From the NCBI GenBank assembly GCA_965112735.1, contig OZ218958.1, positions 744,001 to 808,000 of the forward strand: 64,000 bases of DNA, read 5' to 3'. This stretch comes from Phaeosaccion multiseriatum. Taxonomy: Eukaryota > Protista > Ochrophyta, other classes. The notes beneath the pieces were generated by a model, which saw only the letters and a program-made list of their open reading frames with translations, was not told where the DNA came from and made no database searches. Within the stretch, counting starts at the first letter, position 1. Each line of letters opens with the position of its first letter. Below are positions 49,864 through 63,337 of the stretch, one piece after another. The position numbers were made by a program, and so were the translations under genes.

Positions 49864-50198
49864 TTGGTGTGTTTCGTGTTTTCCGTCTATTTCCTTTCTT
49901 TCTGACGATGTGCTCCAATCTCCAATCTGTGAATGAAGCGCCCCTGCTGGATCCCTGTTGCGCGGTGTGACCTACTGAATGAGGCGGGGAAAGCACAGGT
50001 GCACGGTAGGGCCGCAGAGCACCGAATATGCGGAAAGGGATGAGGACGGTTGGCCTGAGCGATACAACTGTAGATGCGAGAAGGATAGAGAGAAAAGGTT
50101 TCTTCACACGTTGTTCATTCACTGCTTCATGGTTGGCTCAAAAACTTCTGAAACTGTCTTCTTCAAACAGGACAGAGCGCCTGGGCAAGGGGGTCTAG

Positions 50199-52915
50199 AT
50201 GGTGATGGCAGAGATGCTGCAGCACCCCCCAGCAGTAAAGGAGCCCCAGCAACAGCAGCAGCCCCAACAGAACAGCGCGCCAGAGAACAAGGAGCCGGAG
50301 ACATGGGGCCAGATGATGAAAGAGTACAACAGGTCCAAGACCAAGCTACCATGGGAGGCCAAGGGACTCAAGGCTCCACAGCCGGTCTATGTGAAGACCT
50401 ACGACGTCAGTCGGAAGGCCCGGGAGGTGGACCCTGTGTTGATGCTGCACAGAGACCCGGCCAAGGAGGCTGCTGCACGGGAGAAAGAGGTGAGAAACAA
50501 GAGAAATAATTTTTTATTTACTCTGCCTCATGTGGTGTTCTCGTATACGCAATACTGGGAAGGGCTGTGTAGCGCGAGGTCGGGGGGGTAGGCAAGGAGG
50601 GGGTTGTCCAAAGCGGAGGGGGGAGGGGGGCCTTGCGTGGAACGAGCCTTCGAAGCGAGCCAGGCCAACTCTCTTCTCAAACCCTCTGCTACTAATCTCA
50701 GTATCCAATACTCTCCAATACCATAGTCTGCATATGATGTTCCCTTGGGGATGTATCAATCTCTGTTCTCTGTTTCTGTTCCGGCCTTGCAGCTGAACAA
50801 GCCCAGCACACCACTCGCCTCAAGAACGCCCGGACTTGGCTAAATTAATCGGATAAGTATCCTCCTCGGCCCGATGTGGTGACTTTCACAGGTGAAGCGA
50901 CAGGCGCATACCATTGCTCAGGCTCGGAAAAAGCAGCTGCTCGTGGAGCAGAAGTTCAACTTGATCAATCACCAGCTGCAGAGTAAGGACGAGGCACAGG
51001 GAAAGAGTGCCGCGGAGACTAAGCTCGCTGCTTTTATCCGGCGGCCGGACACAAACGTGCGCTATAATATTATCAACCACGTGCGAACCGAAGACGCGGC
51101 CAAAGTAAAGACAGTGTACGGGAGTAAGGCGGAGGAGGAGGAGGTGGAGCAATGTCGCCGGAATCTGCAGGCAGAGGAGGAGATGGAGATACGTAAGAGC
51201 AAGTTGATGAGCCACAAAGCTAGAGAGGCGGACATTATTAGCAACCGTTTCATCGAGGATCACGAGGGAAAGGTGGCAAGCGAGAAGCAAGAGGTCCAGC
51301 AGCACGTGGAGGAGGCGTTTTGGAGAACGCACGACTACGACCTTCTGGCCGGTGTGTTTTACAACAAGGAAAAGGAGAAGCAGTTCCGCCAAACTCGCAG
51401 AAACCTCATGAAAATGCAGGGGAGGGCCCAGCGGCACCGTCTACCGCCCTCCATTCGCTATGGAGAGGGACAGATTTACAACATCATTAGTAAGGATATC
51501 ATCGATGCGGATAAGGAGGGAGCCTACGGTGGCGTGGGTGCGCGGGGCGTTGTCAAGAAGGTGAAGGGGAGAGAGTTCTTTGAGCAGAGCGTGGCGGATA
51601 GGGTGCGACATGCGGTGATGGCCGACCAAAAGTGCCTCAACAGGACCTCAGAGGAGCGATATTACGAGGTGGGTGGGGGGGAGGGGCTGGTTTGATGGGT
51701 GGATGGGTTGGTGGGTGGATGTGAGCGGGTAGGTGGAAGGGTGGAAGGGTGGAAGGGTGAATGTGGGATGAGATGGCACTAGATGGGCACCAGTGTGCGC
51801 TCACCATTTCCTTCAATCTCACTCTCACTCTCACTCTCAAGTCTCTCTCTCCCTACTCTGCCTACCACTCTGAGTGTACCCTACCTCTGTATCTTTCTTC
51901 ACGGCCTCCCTTCATTCTGACCCTTTTTCCTGCCTTCCTACCTATCTACCTACCTACGTACATACCTACCTACTACCTACCTACCCACCTCCCTCCTTCC
52001 TTCTTCCTACCTACCCACCTACCTACCTGCCTACCTTACTGACACACTAATTGAGCAGAACCTGAGGAAGGGCTACAACATCCTCAGCGGAATATCCTTC
52101 ACGGGGCGGGAGGGCGAGCCGCCAGCCAAGCCGAGGAGGCCTCTCGGATGCAGCACGGTTTGGTCGCACTTGCTGCAGCAGGGGCCGGAGAACGACACCC
52201 TGAGGTGAGGTAGGGGGTTGTCGGTTGGTTGGTCGATTGGTTGGTCGGCTGGTCCGTTAGTTGGTCGGTACGATGGCGTTGTGAGGGAGACACAGCCCAC
52301 GCAAGCGCAAAAGTAAAATCCCATACGCCCATCCCAAGCAAAAGAGGGGCTGACGAGGCGTTCCGCTCATTCCATAATGAAAACTACATACACTCCATCA
52401 GACCCCCAACGGCCCTTCCCCACTCTCCCTCCACTCTCCCTCCACTCTCCCTCCACTCTCCCCTGCTGAATGGCCTTTTGGGACCCGTTTTTGCCCTCGT
52501 CAGTCGAGCCTCCGACGGCGGCGGCAACAGGAGAAAGCCCCGCGATCTGTCCGGCGCCTCCGCTGACGTGGGGAGGATGGCTTCAGATGGATGTCCTTAC
52601 CCTGCGAGTAGAGGTGCGACAGCAGGCCAGGCCGATGGAGGAGGACGGAGGGGGGGCGGGAGCCTGGGGAGGGGGAGGGAGGAGGAGGCGGAGGAGGAGA
52701 ATGGAGTCTGTCGGTGCACATGGTCGGCCAGGAGCGGTAGAAGCAGCACCGCTTCTGCCGCGCCCATGAGAAGGGGCAGAGCGACATCAGCAGCTGTTGG
52801 TGATACAAGAGGAGTGGCAGCAGCGGCACCACCGAAGGTCCCCGCGCTCAATCTGCAGCCCCAGCAGGCGCCGTCCAGTGGGTCACAAACTGGTGTCAGG
52901 ACAGGAGGTTTCTAA
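50199..52915 (+). CDS. Uncharacterised charged/helical protein with repeated [YF][ND][IL][IL][SN] motifs; possibly flagellar
   Basis: Exons about 50199-50489, 50892-51668, about 52056-52204, 52504-52915. Motifs FNLINH, YNIINH, ADIISN, YDLLAG, YNIISK, YNILSG; ends VPALNL..VRTGGF*. Function not recognised. Confidence 0.75.
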
Positions 52916-53691
52916 GGTTCTTTGCCTGAGAAGTTCGAGATCGACTGTGCGTTGTGCATGTCGAACAGACATAGGGAAGACGCTCGAGCGGTGCGCAATT
53001 TTATAATTATTAAATTGAAACTTACGGCTCAGAGTACCAATTTACGAATTTACTCAAAAGACGGGGGGAAAGCGAAGGAATGCTTTGAAGCCATCAGGGG
53101 CGACTGAGGTGGCTGATGTAGTGATGAGAGAGAAGAAAAAGAAAAAGCCCCTTCCATAGTCGAGTTCCAATGTCGAGGAATCGATTTCAATTTCCAATTT
53201 CAACTCTCCTCGCTTTCCACTCCTCCTCCCCCATTTTTATTACAAGAGGTTTGAAGAAGCTCTTGCAGAGCAGAGCAAGACACACAGACCAGCTTGCTAC
53301 ATACACCCACAACCCACCCACCTCCCTTCCCACTGGTTGCACGGCAAGCGATTGCCACTTTACCTTTTCAAACACAACCTTCCGCTTCGGAGTTTGAACT
53401 CAAACGGACAAGGGGAGACGATAAGGAGCAGCGGGGGCGGAGGCGGAGCAGGGCTCTCCACAACAATTGCCGCTGAGGTGGGAGCGCTTTGCACGAAGGG
53501 CATTGTTGCTTTGGCTTGAGGAGCAGCAGCAGCATAGCGACGCAGGACAGCTCACTCACAACAGGTCAGGCGTAAAGTGAGCTCCGCAGCAGGAGGCGTT
53601 CTTTCGGAACAGGGCCACGGTGGTTATCTGTCAGCCCTAAAGAAGCAGTAGAGGCAACGGGGAGAGCGGCGGCAGGGGTGTAGGCAGCAAA

Positions 53692-55199
53692 ATGGCCAGT
53701 GTCAACGTGACGAACATTGCGGTGCTGGACAACCCGTCTCCCTTCACCAACCCCTTCATGTTCGAGGTCACCTTCGAATGCGACCGCCCTTTGCAAGAAG
53801 GTAGGTGCGCCGCGTATGCTGGGGTAGTACAGAACGTCGTTCTCTAGTGGGGGATGGGCGTCATGAGGTGAAGAGAGGGAGAGAGCGAGGGGCTGCGTCA
53901 ATTTCGAATTACTGGCACCACCGTGAGGCGACGCCTCTTCTCTTCGGAGGGCGTGCGTACACTGTTCTTGGTTTGGTTTGTCTTTCCTCACGTCCCCCGC
54001 TCTTTTGAAGACTGTACTTTGTCGCCGTCTGTCACTGCCTCCCTCACCCTCACCCCCTCCCTCTCCCCACACCCCCTCCCGTCCCTGCGATACTTTGCAT
54101 CCACAGACCTAGAGTGGCGCGTGGTGTATGTGGGTTCTGCGGAAGACAGTCAGTACGACCAGGTGCTCGAGGACGTCATGGTGGGGCCCGTGCCGGCGGG
54201 AGTCAGCAAGGTGCGTGCGAACCTTTCTTGCCCTTGCGTGTGTCTGTGTGTCTGTGGGTCTGCCCTACCGCCCCCCGCCCCCCCCCACTCTATCTCTCTC
54301 TCCCTCCCTCCCTCCCTCCCTCTCTCTCTCTCCCTCCTTCCTTCCTTCCTTCCTTCCTTCCTTCCCTCTCTCCCTCCCTCTCCGCTTCCGTCGCCGTCTC
54401 TCTCTCTTGTACGTTATCTGCGCTTGAGGAATGCTTTTCCTTGGCTTGATATACTGGCTTCTCCCTCCGACCGTTCTTTCCTCCTTTCCTCCCTCCCTCC
54501 TTTCCTCCCTCCTCTCTTCTTCCCTCCCTCCCTCCCTCCTCTCTCCCTCCCTCCCTCCTCTCCTCCTCCCTTTCTCCGTCTCCTTCCTTCCCTACTTTCT
54601 GCCTACATACGATATACGCCCTCCCTCCCTCGTCTCTACTTACCACCCCCCCTCCCCAACAACACATGCCTCCACTCCTTCACCCCTCCCTCCCTCCCTC
54701 CACTCTCACCGCACAGTTCGTGCTTCAAGCAGAGGCCCCGGACTCCAGCAACATCCCCTACGAAGACCTCATCGGAGTAACTGTAGTGCTCATCACGTGC
54801 TCCTTTCGCTCTCAAGAGTTCCTCCGAGTGGGCTACTATGTCAACAACGAGCACGTGGACCCCACCATCAACCACTTGCTCGCGGAGGGCAACCCTGCAC
54901 CTCCGGGCATCCACGTGGATCAGTTGGTGAGAAGTGTGCTGCACGATAAGCCCAGAGTTACTCGCTTCCCTATTGAATGGGAGTCCGTGGGGGGCGGGGG
55001 TGGGGCAGTGTCGAGTGTGGGTGTGGTGCCGGAGCAGACTACTTCTTCCTCGTCGATGGACTCGGCCGTGAGTGCGAGTGCGAGCAATGGATCGATAGCA
55101 GCAGGAGCAGCAGTGGCAGCCGCATCAGAGGGAGCCGGAGCAGGGGCACAGTTGCAGGGCGAGAGATGGCAGCAGCAGCAGCAGCAGCAGCAGCAACAT

Positions 55200-55237
<38 letters not shown>

Positions 55238-55577
55238 TCAACAGCAGCAGGAGGGGTACGCCGCACATGACCCGATGGATGCTATGGAAGAAGATACAAT
55301 GTCGGAGGATGAGGAGGAGGACGAGAGCAGACACGACGACGACGACGACCATCATCATCATCATCATCACAGTAGCAGCAGTAGCAGCGGGGGAAGGCAG
55401 GCCGGCAAGATCCCAGTGAAAATCCTGGACGATGATGACAGTGGGGGAGGAGGAGGGGGAGGGGGAGGAGGGGGGGGGCACAGCCTGATGGGCTTTGGGT
55501 CGGTGGCGAACGGTCGCAGTAGCACCCTCCCCCCGCACTTTCCCCACTTTTTGTCGGGGCCGGCCTTGAGCTGCTGA
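53692..55577 (+). CDS. ASF1: Histone H3-H4 chaperone ASF1
   Basis: MASVNVTNIAVLDNPSPFTNPFMFEVTFEC..|DLEWRVVYVGSAEDSQYDQVLEDVMVGPVPAG..|FVLQAEAPD..GVTVVLITCSFRSQEFLRVGYYVNNE..KPRVTRFPIEW, followed by a low-complexity tail. Confidence 0.97.
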
Positions 55578-56853
55578 TGGCTGGGCTGCTGGCCTGCTTT
55601 GCATGTGCCTGGCTGGAAGGACGGAGCGAAGGGAGTAAAAAGGGAGTAAGGGAGGGAGGAAAGAAGAAAGTAGAGATGGAAGGAAGGCTTCCCCACTGTA
55701 CCCCTCGTCAGAGAGCGACGAAGGGGGGGGGGGGGGGGGAGGGCGAACTCGGCTTAGCCCCCAGCGCCATTTGGGATGACTTGATAGGGCGGCAATGAAG
55801 ACGATGTGCTGACTGGGTACAGACAGAAGAGAAAAGCACTGCACATACCATGTCGTACAGCCGTATGCGAATATCAAGCACCTCATGTATGAAGAATGAA
55901 GGAACGGTCGGAACGAAAATAATACTACATAATAGACGAAGGAAGAAGAACATGAATGGCCGCGGAGGTAGATGGTCCTGCTTTGGGTAAGTCATTGAGG
56001 AGAAACGCGCTAATGCAGGAGCTTACGGGTGCCAACAGCAACGGCCCTCCACGAGCGGAGCAGGCGTGGATAGACACCCCTGGCCTGGCCCGGTAGGTTG
56101 CAAACCATCCCAATGAGGATTTCAGCCTCGGCCAGAGTACAATGGTAGAGAGGAAGAAGGACTTGGACCCCCAGTGTTACCCTCCCAGCCGATACAGTAC
56201 TGTAGCCAGTGTTCACTTCGTCGCTGCTAGGGGTGAAATAATTAGCGTCCTCCTCGAAGCTGACGTACTCGCAACTGAAGGAAAGCCCTCGGGAGGCCGT
56301 CAGGCCATCCTCGCGCAGAAGGAACCTTTCCCCTCTCTGCTTGGTCGCCCCACTTAAGCTGAAAGGAAAAGACTGCTACATGATCGTAAAACTCGGAACA
56401 GTTTCAGTATTACTTCGAAGTACATCATGATTACAACGGGACGGTGCTTGGCTGGGTCTCGATGCGAGCTCAGCAAGGAATCACGGGGTGGAAAGGAAGG
56501 AGGGAAGGAAGGAAGGAAGGAAGGAAGGAAGGAAGGAGGCTGTACACACAACCGCATGCCATCCCGACCTTCGCACAACATGTCATACCCCATCTGCGCA
56601 AACTAATGAACAATAATAATACCAGGTCTAATAATTTCCCTCCCCTCACGTATAATATGTACAAGTATACATACATCGATGAAACAGGCGGTCCTCTGTC
56701 TCCCCTCTCAGCCCCTGTACATGGAATGGAAAACTTGCGGTCCTCTCTCACCTCTCTCTCCCCTCCGCCCTCTCTCTCTCTCCGCCGTCCATAGGAATGT
56801 CCTCTCCCTCCCTCTCCCCTGTCCTCTCTCTCCCCTCTCTCCCCTCTGCCAAC

Positions 56854-58414
56854 TCAGGCCCTGGGACTGTACATGCGTAGCACTGCCTCGTACACAGTAA
56901 AGCTGCAAGCGTGACTCACGATGGAGCTCGCCACCACCGCGTGCACGCCTCGGTAGAACCCACTCATGCCCAAGTGCTTGTACACTGCGAGAGCCACCTC
57001 GGTGGCCCCGCTGGGCACCAACGACTGCTGACCCTGCCGCCGAAGTGTCGACCATAGCAGCATCTCTTCCCCCGCGGCTCGTCTGCTGCCATCTAGCCAC
57101 CTCGCCTCTCCATCCTCTTCCTCCTCCTCCTCCTCCTCCTCCTCCTCCTCCTCCTCCTCCTCCTCCTCCTTCCCCTCCGCCGCCGCCGCCGCCGCCGCCG
57201 CCCCGTCCTCCTCTGTGCTGTCTTGCTCAAGTTGTTCCTCAGAGCCGTCACCACCTCCGACGGCGACGGAACACTCTTCCCTCCGGCGGCGCTTAGCCCC
57301 CATCCGAAGGCGAGGTTGATGACTTTCCTCCCCCCTCACTCCCACTGCTTGTACGGCGTCAGTATGAGCAGTAGCAGCGGTGGCAGCGCCCCCCCTCCCA
57401 CCTCGCTCCTGCTCTTGCTCTTGCTCCTCCTCTTGGCCGCCACCGCACCAATAGCCGGCTTGGAGGATGGTCTTGACGGCATCCACTGGGAAGAATGACA
57501 AGCAACACACTGCCCCCGCCAGCCCACCCGCCAGGAAGGGGGGCAGAGGGAAGCAAAAGGGCGACCACAAAAGGTTCAGTAGCGCGCCCATCAAGCCCCA
57601 CCAGTACGTGCAGCTCAGGAAGCTGGGGCCGTTACCAGCACTACTACTACTGGTAGTAGTAGTAGCACTGCTGCCATTTGTGGTGCTGCTGGTGCCTCGC
57701 TTGGTCAGTCGCTGAGGAAGAGACTTCATACCCACACTACCCGCCGCGGAGGCCGCTGTGGCAGCCGCCGTCGCTGCTACTGCTCCTCCTGCCGGTTCGT
57801 GAACGGATGGCAAGACCGCAACGGCGACGACGAGGAGTATGGGGTGTCAGGACGTCATTCAGAAGAGAAAATGGAAGAGGAGAAGCAAGAAAAAGCCAAA
57901 GCAGTAGAACCCCCACCCCAGCCAGCTACGTTTCCACGTCGACATATTCATTAGTCACAGAGAGAGACGGAGCGAGAGAGAGAGTGCAAAAGAGAGAGAG
58001 AGAGAGTGCAACGCACCGCGAGTACACCATACAACTGTACCTGAGGCCACCGCCGCCGTCGCCGAGGCCGCCACCGTAGCCGTGGCTGACGCTGCAGCCG
58101 TCGCCGCCTGTGCCACTCTGGACCCATGCAAGGCCGCTGCGGCGAGAGTCGCTGAAGCCGCTGCTGCCACCGCTCCGGACAGAGCGGTACCGAGTGCGGC
58201 GGCGGCCGTGCCAAAGGTGGGCAGCACGATGAGAGGGGCTGGTGTGGAGCCGTGCTCTCCGCCCCTCAAGAGGTGGTACACCACAAGGTACAGGGCGGAA
58301 CTTGGGGCGTCTCTCAGCACCGTCAGAGACAGCCCCTTGTACAAGCCGACTCGGATACCGTGCTGCCTCCAGAGCCGTCGCAGGCAGCTAAAGAAGCCAC
58401 CGTCACTGCTGCCG

Positions 58415-58477
<63 letters not shown>

Positions 58478-60545
58478 TTTCTCTCCCCTCTTGTCTCGTT
58501 CAACCACCCGTCACCCTCACTGCCCTCCCCGTCTTCCCCTCCAGCCGTTGTGGCCGCCCCTCCTGCCCCTGCTGCTGCTGCTGCTGCTGCCCCTGCTGCT
58601 GCTGCTTCTGCTGCTGCCCGCACCTGCTGCTGGGTCTGCTGCTCCACCTTCACCCTCTCCAAGGGGCAGGTGAGCAGAGCTGTAACCGCCCCGCTGCACA
58701 GGGAGGCCAGGGTCCATTCTGCCAGCCCTACGCATCTCAGTCCACGCATCAGGCCGCTGCTCAGCGACACGCTTCCCCACGCCCTGTGAGGCGAGTATGT
58801 AGGTAGGCACGCACGTGGAATCGGAAACAGCAACGAGAGAGAAAAACAACTGCGTTAGAGAGGGAAGGAACCGCAAACAACGATCCAGCGCCAACGATTT
58901 TTTTCTTGGAGTTGACTTGAAAAACAAAACAATCGACCCTGTTTGCCCACTGCCTGCCTCAGATACACAACGCCCACCCAGCGCACGCACGTACACACAA
59001 AAGCAAGCTCGCACACAAGCACACACCTCGCTTTGGCCAAAAGTGCGAGGAAGACCCTGAGGAAGAAGAACGCCGCGGCCTTGACGACTCCCTGGGCACA
59101 CGAAGCTCCCACCACTCCCGCATACAGAGAGCGCCAGCCCTTTGTTGGTAGGGGGGGGAGGGCGAAGGTATCGAAACGTTGTACCCCATACACATACACA
59201 CACACAGAGAGAGAGAGAGGGGGGGGGAGAGAGAGAGAGAGAGAGAGAGAGAGGAAGAGAGGAAGAGAGAGAGAGAGAGGGGAAGAGAGGAAGAGAGAGA
59301 GAGATGAGTCAGGTCGACAGCGGCCGGGATAGAAGGAGGGCTGTGTCACAAGAGGTCCAATGCGAAGGTGAATACGAGGCGTCGCTCAGTTCATTCTCCA
59401 CAACTCACCCACTGACTGTCTTGTCCTTCGCCTGCGGGTGCTGTCTTTGCATCGATTTCGGAGCCGTCACATGCTCTGCAGCCGCCGCTGCTCGCATTGG
59501 CGCCACATCCACCACTACCACTACTACTACGGCTACTGCTGCTGTTGTTGTTGTTATCCTTGTTGGAGGTGCTGCCAACACTGCTGGTAGATGCAGGATT
59601 CCCTCCTCCCCAGCCCCCCCAGCCGCCGAGCTGGCTGCGAGTCTTAATGCTGTCCAATGGGAAGGAAACAACACACCCCGCGACACCTCCCATAGCGACG
59701 GCGAAGAGATACCACGGCAGAGGCACGTCCTCTCCTTCGATCATCTTCGAAAGGAGGGCAGGGCAGGAGGGCACGCGACAAGGGGGCGTGGGATATGGGC
59801 CGAGTGAGAGGAGAACACTGCGTACAAAGACTCAAGAGAGAGAGAGAGAGAGAGGGGGGGGGGGGGGATTGCAGGCGAAAGCACATACACACACACACAC
59901 ATACATACAAGTCCACCCATCCCCTGCGCGAACCTCAAAGCTGTCTTCAGGACGGACACCCAAGCCCCAGCCTCCCCTCCTTCGCGTAACCGCTGCCGCT
60001 GTCCCTGCTGCGACTGCCGCCACTGCCCCGCCGACAGCACTGACGGCACCATAAGTCCAGTCCAGGACAAGCCCGAACATGGCCGTCCACCAGCCCCAGA
60101 CCCACTCGCCCCATTGGCTCCACGAGGTGCTAATGCTCTGACCAGCTTCAGCTTCAGCGTCTCCCGCGCCATTCCATAGCGTGACGGTGAGGGCGAAGCC
60201 TCCCACTATCAGCAAAGGGAGAAGGGCGGACATGAGGCCCTCGTCATCATCGCACAGGGCCGCGTAGTGGTGGTCCTCCTTCTCTTCCTCCTCCTCTTCG
60301 TCGCTACTGTCCTTTGCGTCGGAGTCCTCGTTGATGCCGAACCCAAACGGAACCCCTTCGCTCAGGGGACTCACCAATGCCCCCTGAAAGCGACCCATGT
60401 TCTGGGGATGCGTGTACTTCTCCTCCTTCTCGGGGATGGTGCTCAGCTGCCGTCCTCGCTCCTCCTCCGTACGCAGTTTCTCATGCTCTTTGCGCCGCCG
60501 CTGACTAGCCTCCCGCCTGGCCTTGTATCTCTGCAGAGCGCCCAT
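56854..60545 (-). CDS. Mitochondrial carrier (SLC25) family protein with long N-terminal extension; amino-acid/carnitine-type contact point
   Basis: Three Px[DE]xxK signatures (FPLDSIKTR, CPLERVKVE, FPVDAVKTI) and three G.R.LY.G motifs (GWRSLYAG, GIRVGLYKG, GMSGFYRG); LRDAPSSA in helix 4; about 5 exons. Confidence 0.88.
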
Positions 60546-61232
60546 GGTGGATCAAGGTGGATCAAAGCAGTAGCCCTCGCATAGAATCAGTCCTCGTGGC
60601 CTTGTCTTTTGCCAAAAGAGCTCTTGTTCGCTCGTGTTTTCAGCGAGTGATTTGGTGAGTTGCTGTGCTCCCTGTGCTCTCCCCCTGCTGCCGCGCCAGT
60701 GTTTCACTCCCTCTCAGAATTATCTCGACTGCCCTTCGCCTTTCTAGGACGAGGGATTTCCCGCTGCTGCGGACCCTAAGCTGTGGGATATGCTGCAAGA
60801 CCCACCCCTGTTAAATTGGGGGGAGGAGAGGCCGGCCCTTGGGCCCGTTGATCCCCTCAGTTTCCAAAGGCTCATTCACCTACTCTCTCTCGCTGCTACT
60901 CTCCACACAGTGTGCGCAGACTTTGCTGATAAGGCATCCAGTGTCCCTTTTACTCCTCCCTGCCCACCTCATTGAACCCTGGGCATCCTCGGCCCCCCCC
61001 GCGTCATCATCGCCAATGAGAGTTTGCGCTTGAGGACGCCCAGTTTTAGTTTTAGTTCTTTCGGATTTCCGTCGAACTCGTCGATCAACAGCAACAGCTA
61101 AGAAGCAGCCGAACCCCTTGCGCTTAGGCCTTAGTGTGCTCTGTGGAGAATCCCCCGTGCGTGAAGGGCGGAAGGTGTAAGAGAAGTCAGTTCGAAACAG
61201 ATAGGGGCGGGGGGCTGCGAGGCGTTGGCACC

Positions 61233-63294
61233 ATGGAGGACTCGAGCGAGGATGCCGTAGTGCAGTTCGTCGCCGTCACCAGCGCGTCTGCAGAAGAGGC
61301 TGCCAGATTCCTCGAGGTGCGTAGGAGGATCTTGGGTCCGGAAAACCGTGTGTTGAAGCCGCCTCCTCACGCCAGAGAGCAGGGCATCCCCCCCCCCCCC
61401 CTTCTGGGGGGAAAGGCACTATTTTTTGTCTCGCTCTTCTTCTTCCCCAGTACCTCGTACCAAATACATGCGTAGTCCCTGCGCATGTCGTGGGTCATGC
61501 GGCGTGTCCTCCCTGTGTGGCATTACGGTGGCGTTGGTAACGTGGTTGTTTGCCCCCCCCACGCAGGGAGAGTGAGAGAGGAGGGAGGGCGTGGTGTTAG
61601 GCGTTCTCCTTTTCGAGTGGAGGGGACAATGGGAAGGTGCTGTGACTCGTGTCTGGCCAGGAGCACAGCTCTGCTCCCGACCCACATGTCCTCTCTCTCT
61701 CCCCCCACCTCCAACTCCCAAGCCGTTTGTCTCACTGTCTCACACTATTTGTTCATCATGTCGAAATCAACTTCCCCCTCCTTGCAGATTGCGAATGGCA
61801 AGCTGGAGACCGCGGTCAGAATGTTCATGGAATACGGAGCAGGTGCAGCAGCAGGGCGGGACGGAGGAGGAGGAGGAGCAGGAGCAGGAAGAGGAGCAGC
61901 AGGGACGGGCACGGGGAGACCTGAAGATGACCCCTCGCATCCGGACTACGTAAGACCCCCAGACGCGAGCAAGATGCAGCGACTGATGGATGTCAGCCCC
62001 GGCGGCGCGAGGCTGTATGGGGGCATGCACGGCTCCACGGTACGTACCCTATACCCTCATGCGTTACCGCCTTGGCTCTGTGTGGAACCACTGTAACCAC
62101 TGTCCCTTCCACCCTCTTCTCCCTGCTCTCAAACCAATTTGTGTACGTCCTGCTCCTCACTGAGTTATGTACCCCCGCATCCTCCCTCCTCCCTCTCGTC
62201 CCTCTCCTCCTCCCTCTCCTCCTCCTCCTCCTCCTCCTGCTCCTCCTCCCCCTCCTCCTCCTCCTCCTCCTCCTGCTGCTGCTGCTGCTGCTGCTGGTGG
62301 TGGTGGTATATATATATACCCCCTTAGGTGGATCCATTCAGAGACTTTGGTGACGAAGCGCGTCAGTTTAATCGGTGGACGCAAGGGTCTGAAGACAGCA
62401 GCAGCTGTGGCGGCGGTGGCAGCAGCAAGGGCGGCACAGGGGCAGACTCCGACAAAGCAGCGAAGCTCTCTGTCATGTTCGCACCACCCACGGGCCTCAT
62501 CTTCTCAGGGCTCTTTGCCCAGGCCAGAGAGAGGGGCAAGCAGGAGAAGAAGTGGCTCCTTGTGAACATACAGGTCAGGGAGTCAGTCACGGAGTCGGGG
62601 TGTAGGGTGAAAGGTGTTTTGTACTTCGGAGTATGAGTTTCGGGGGGGTCCTCGTGCCATTGTGGCAGCGGGAAGAGAGACAGAGACAAGGCAGCGGTCA
62701 CCCGCTCCTCCAAGAAAGTGAAACTGAAACTGACCAGCCATGGCATTCTCTTGTCCGTGCTTGCATAAGCTGATGTCTGTATCGTACTCCACTGCCTCGC
62801 TCATCAGGGCCAGTCCGAATTCGACAGTCACAAACTCAACAGAGACACGTGGAAGGACGAGACGGTCGAGGCAGTGGTGCGGGCAACCTGTTTGTTCTGG
62901 CAGCAAGACAGTACCAGTACTGAGGCACAGGTGAGAGGGAGGGGGGTGTAGAGGCTTAAAGGGTTGGTGATTCGACGCCATTTGTGATCCACCCGTCCAT
63001 CACCCCACACGGGCGATGACTCTTTTTAGAGAATTCAGAATGGAATGTCCGGTGGACGCAAATGACTACTCTTGAGGGACAGAAAGAAAGAGGCAGTGAG
63101 AGACAGAGGGAGAGAGAGGCAGAGAGAGAGGCACAGGGAGAGAGAGGGAGAGAGAGCGGGCAAGGGGGCGGAAGGGCGTGACATTGGGGGCCAACCACCA
63201 CCCACAGTGGCCTTCACAGCAGGGGCCCGCAACAGCCGTGAGCGAGCCTGCGAGGAAATTCCTCCCCATGCTGCTAAGGGCTTCTCTCTCTCCC

Positions 63295-63337
<43 letters not shown>

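Noticed and set aside
19107-55577. CBP/p300 and ASF1 as a functional H3K56-acetylation gene cluster
   Set aside because: They are about 24 kb apart with four unrelated genes between; chance linkage suffices without synteny data.
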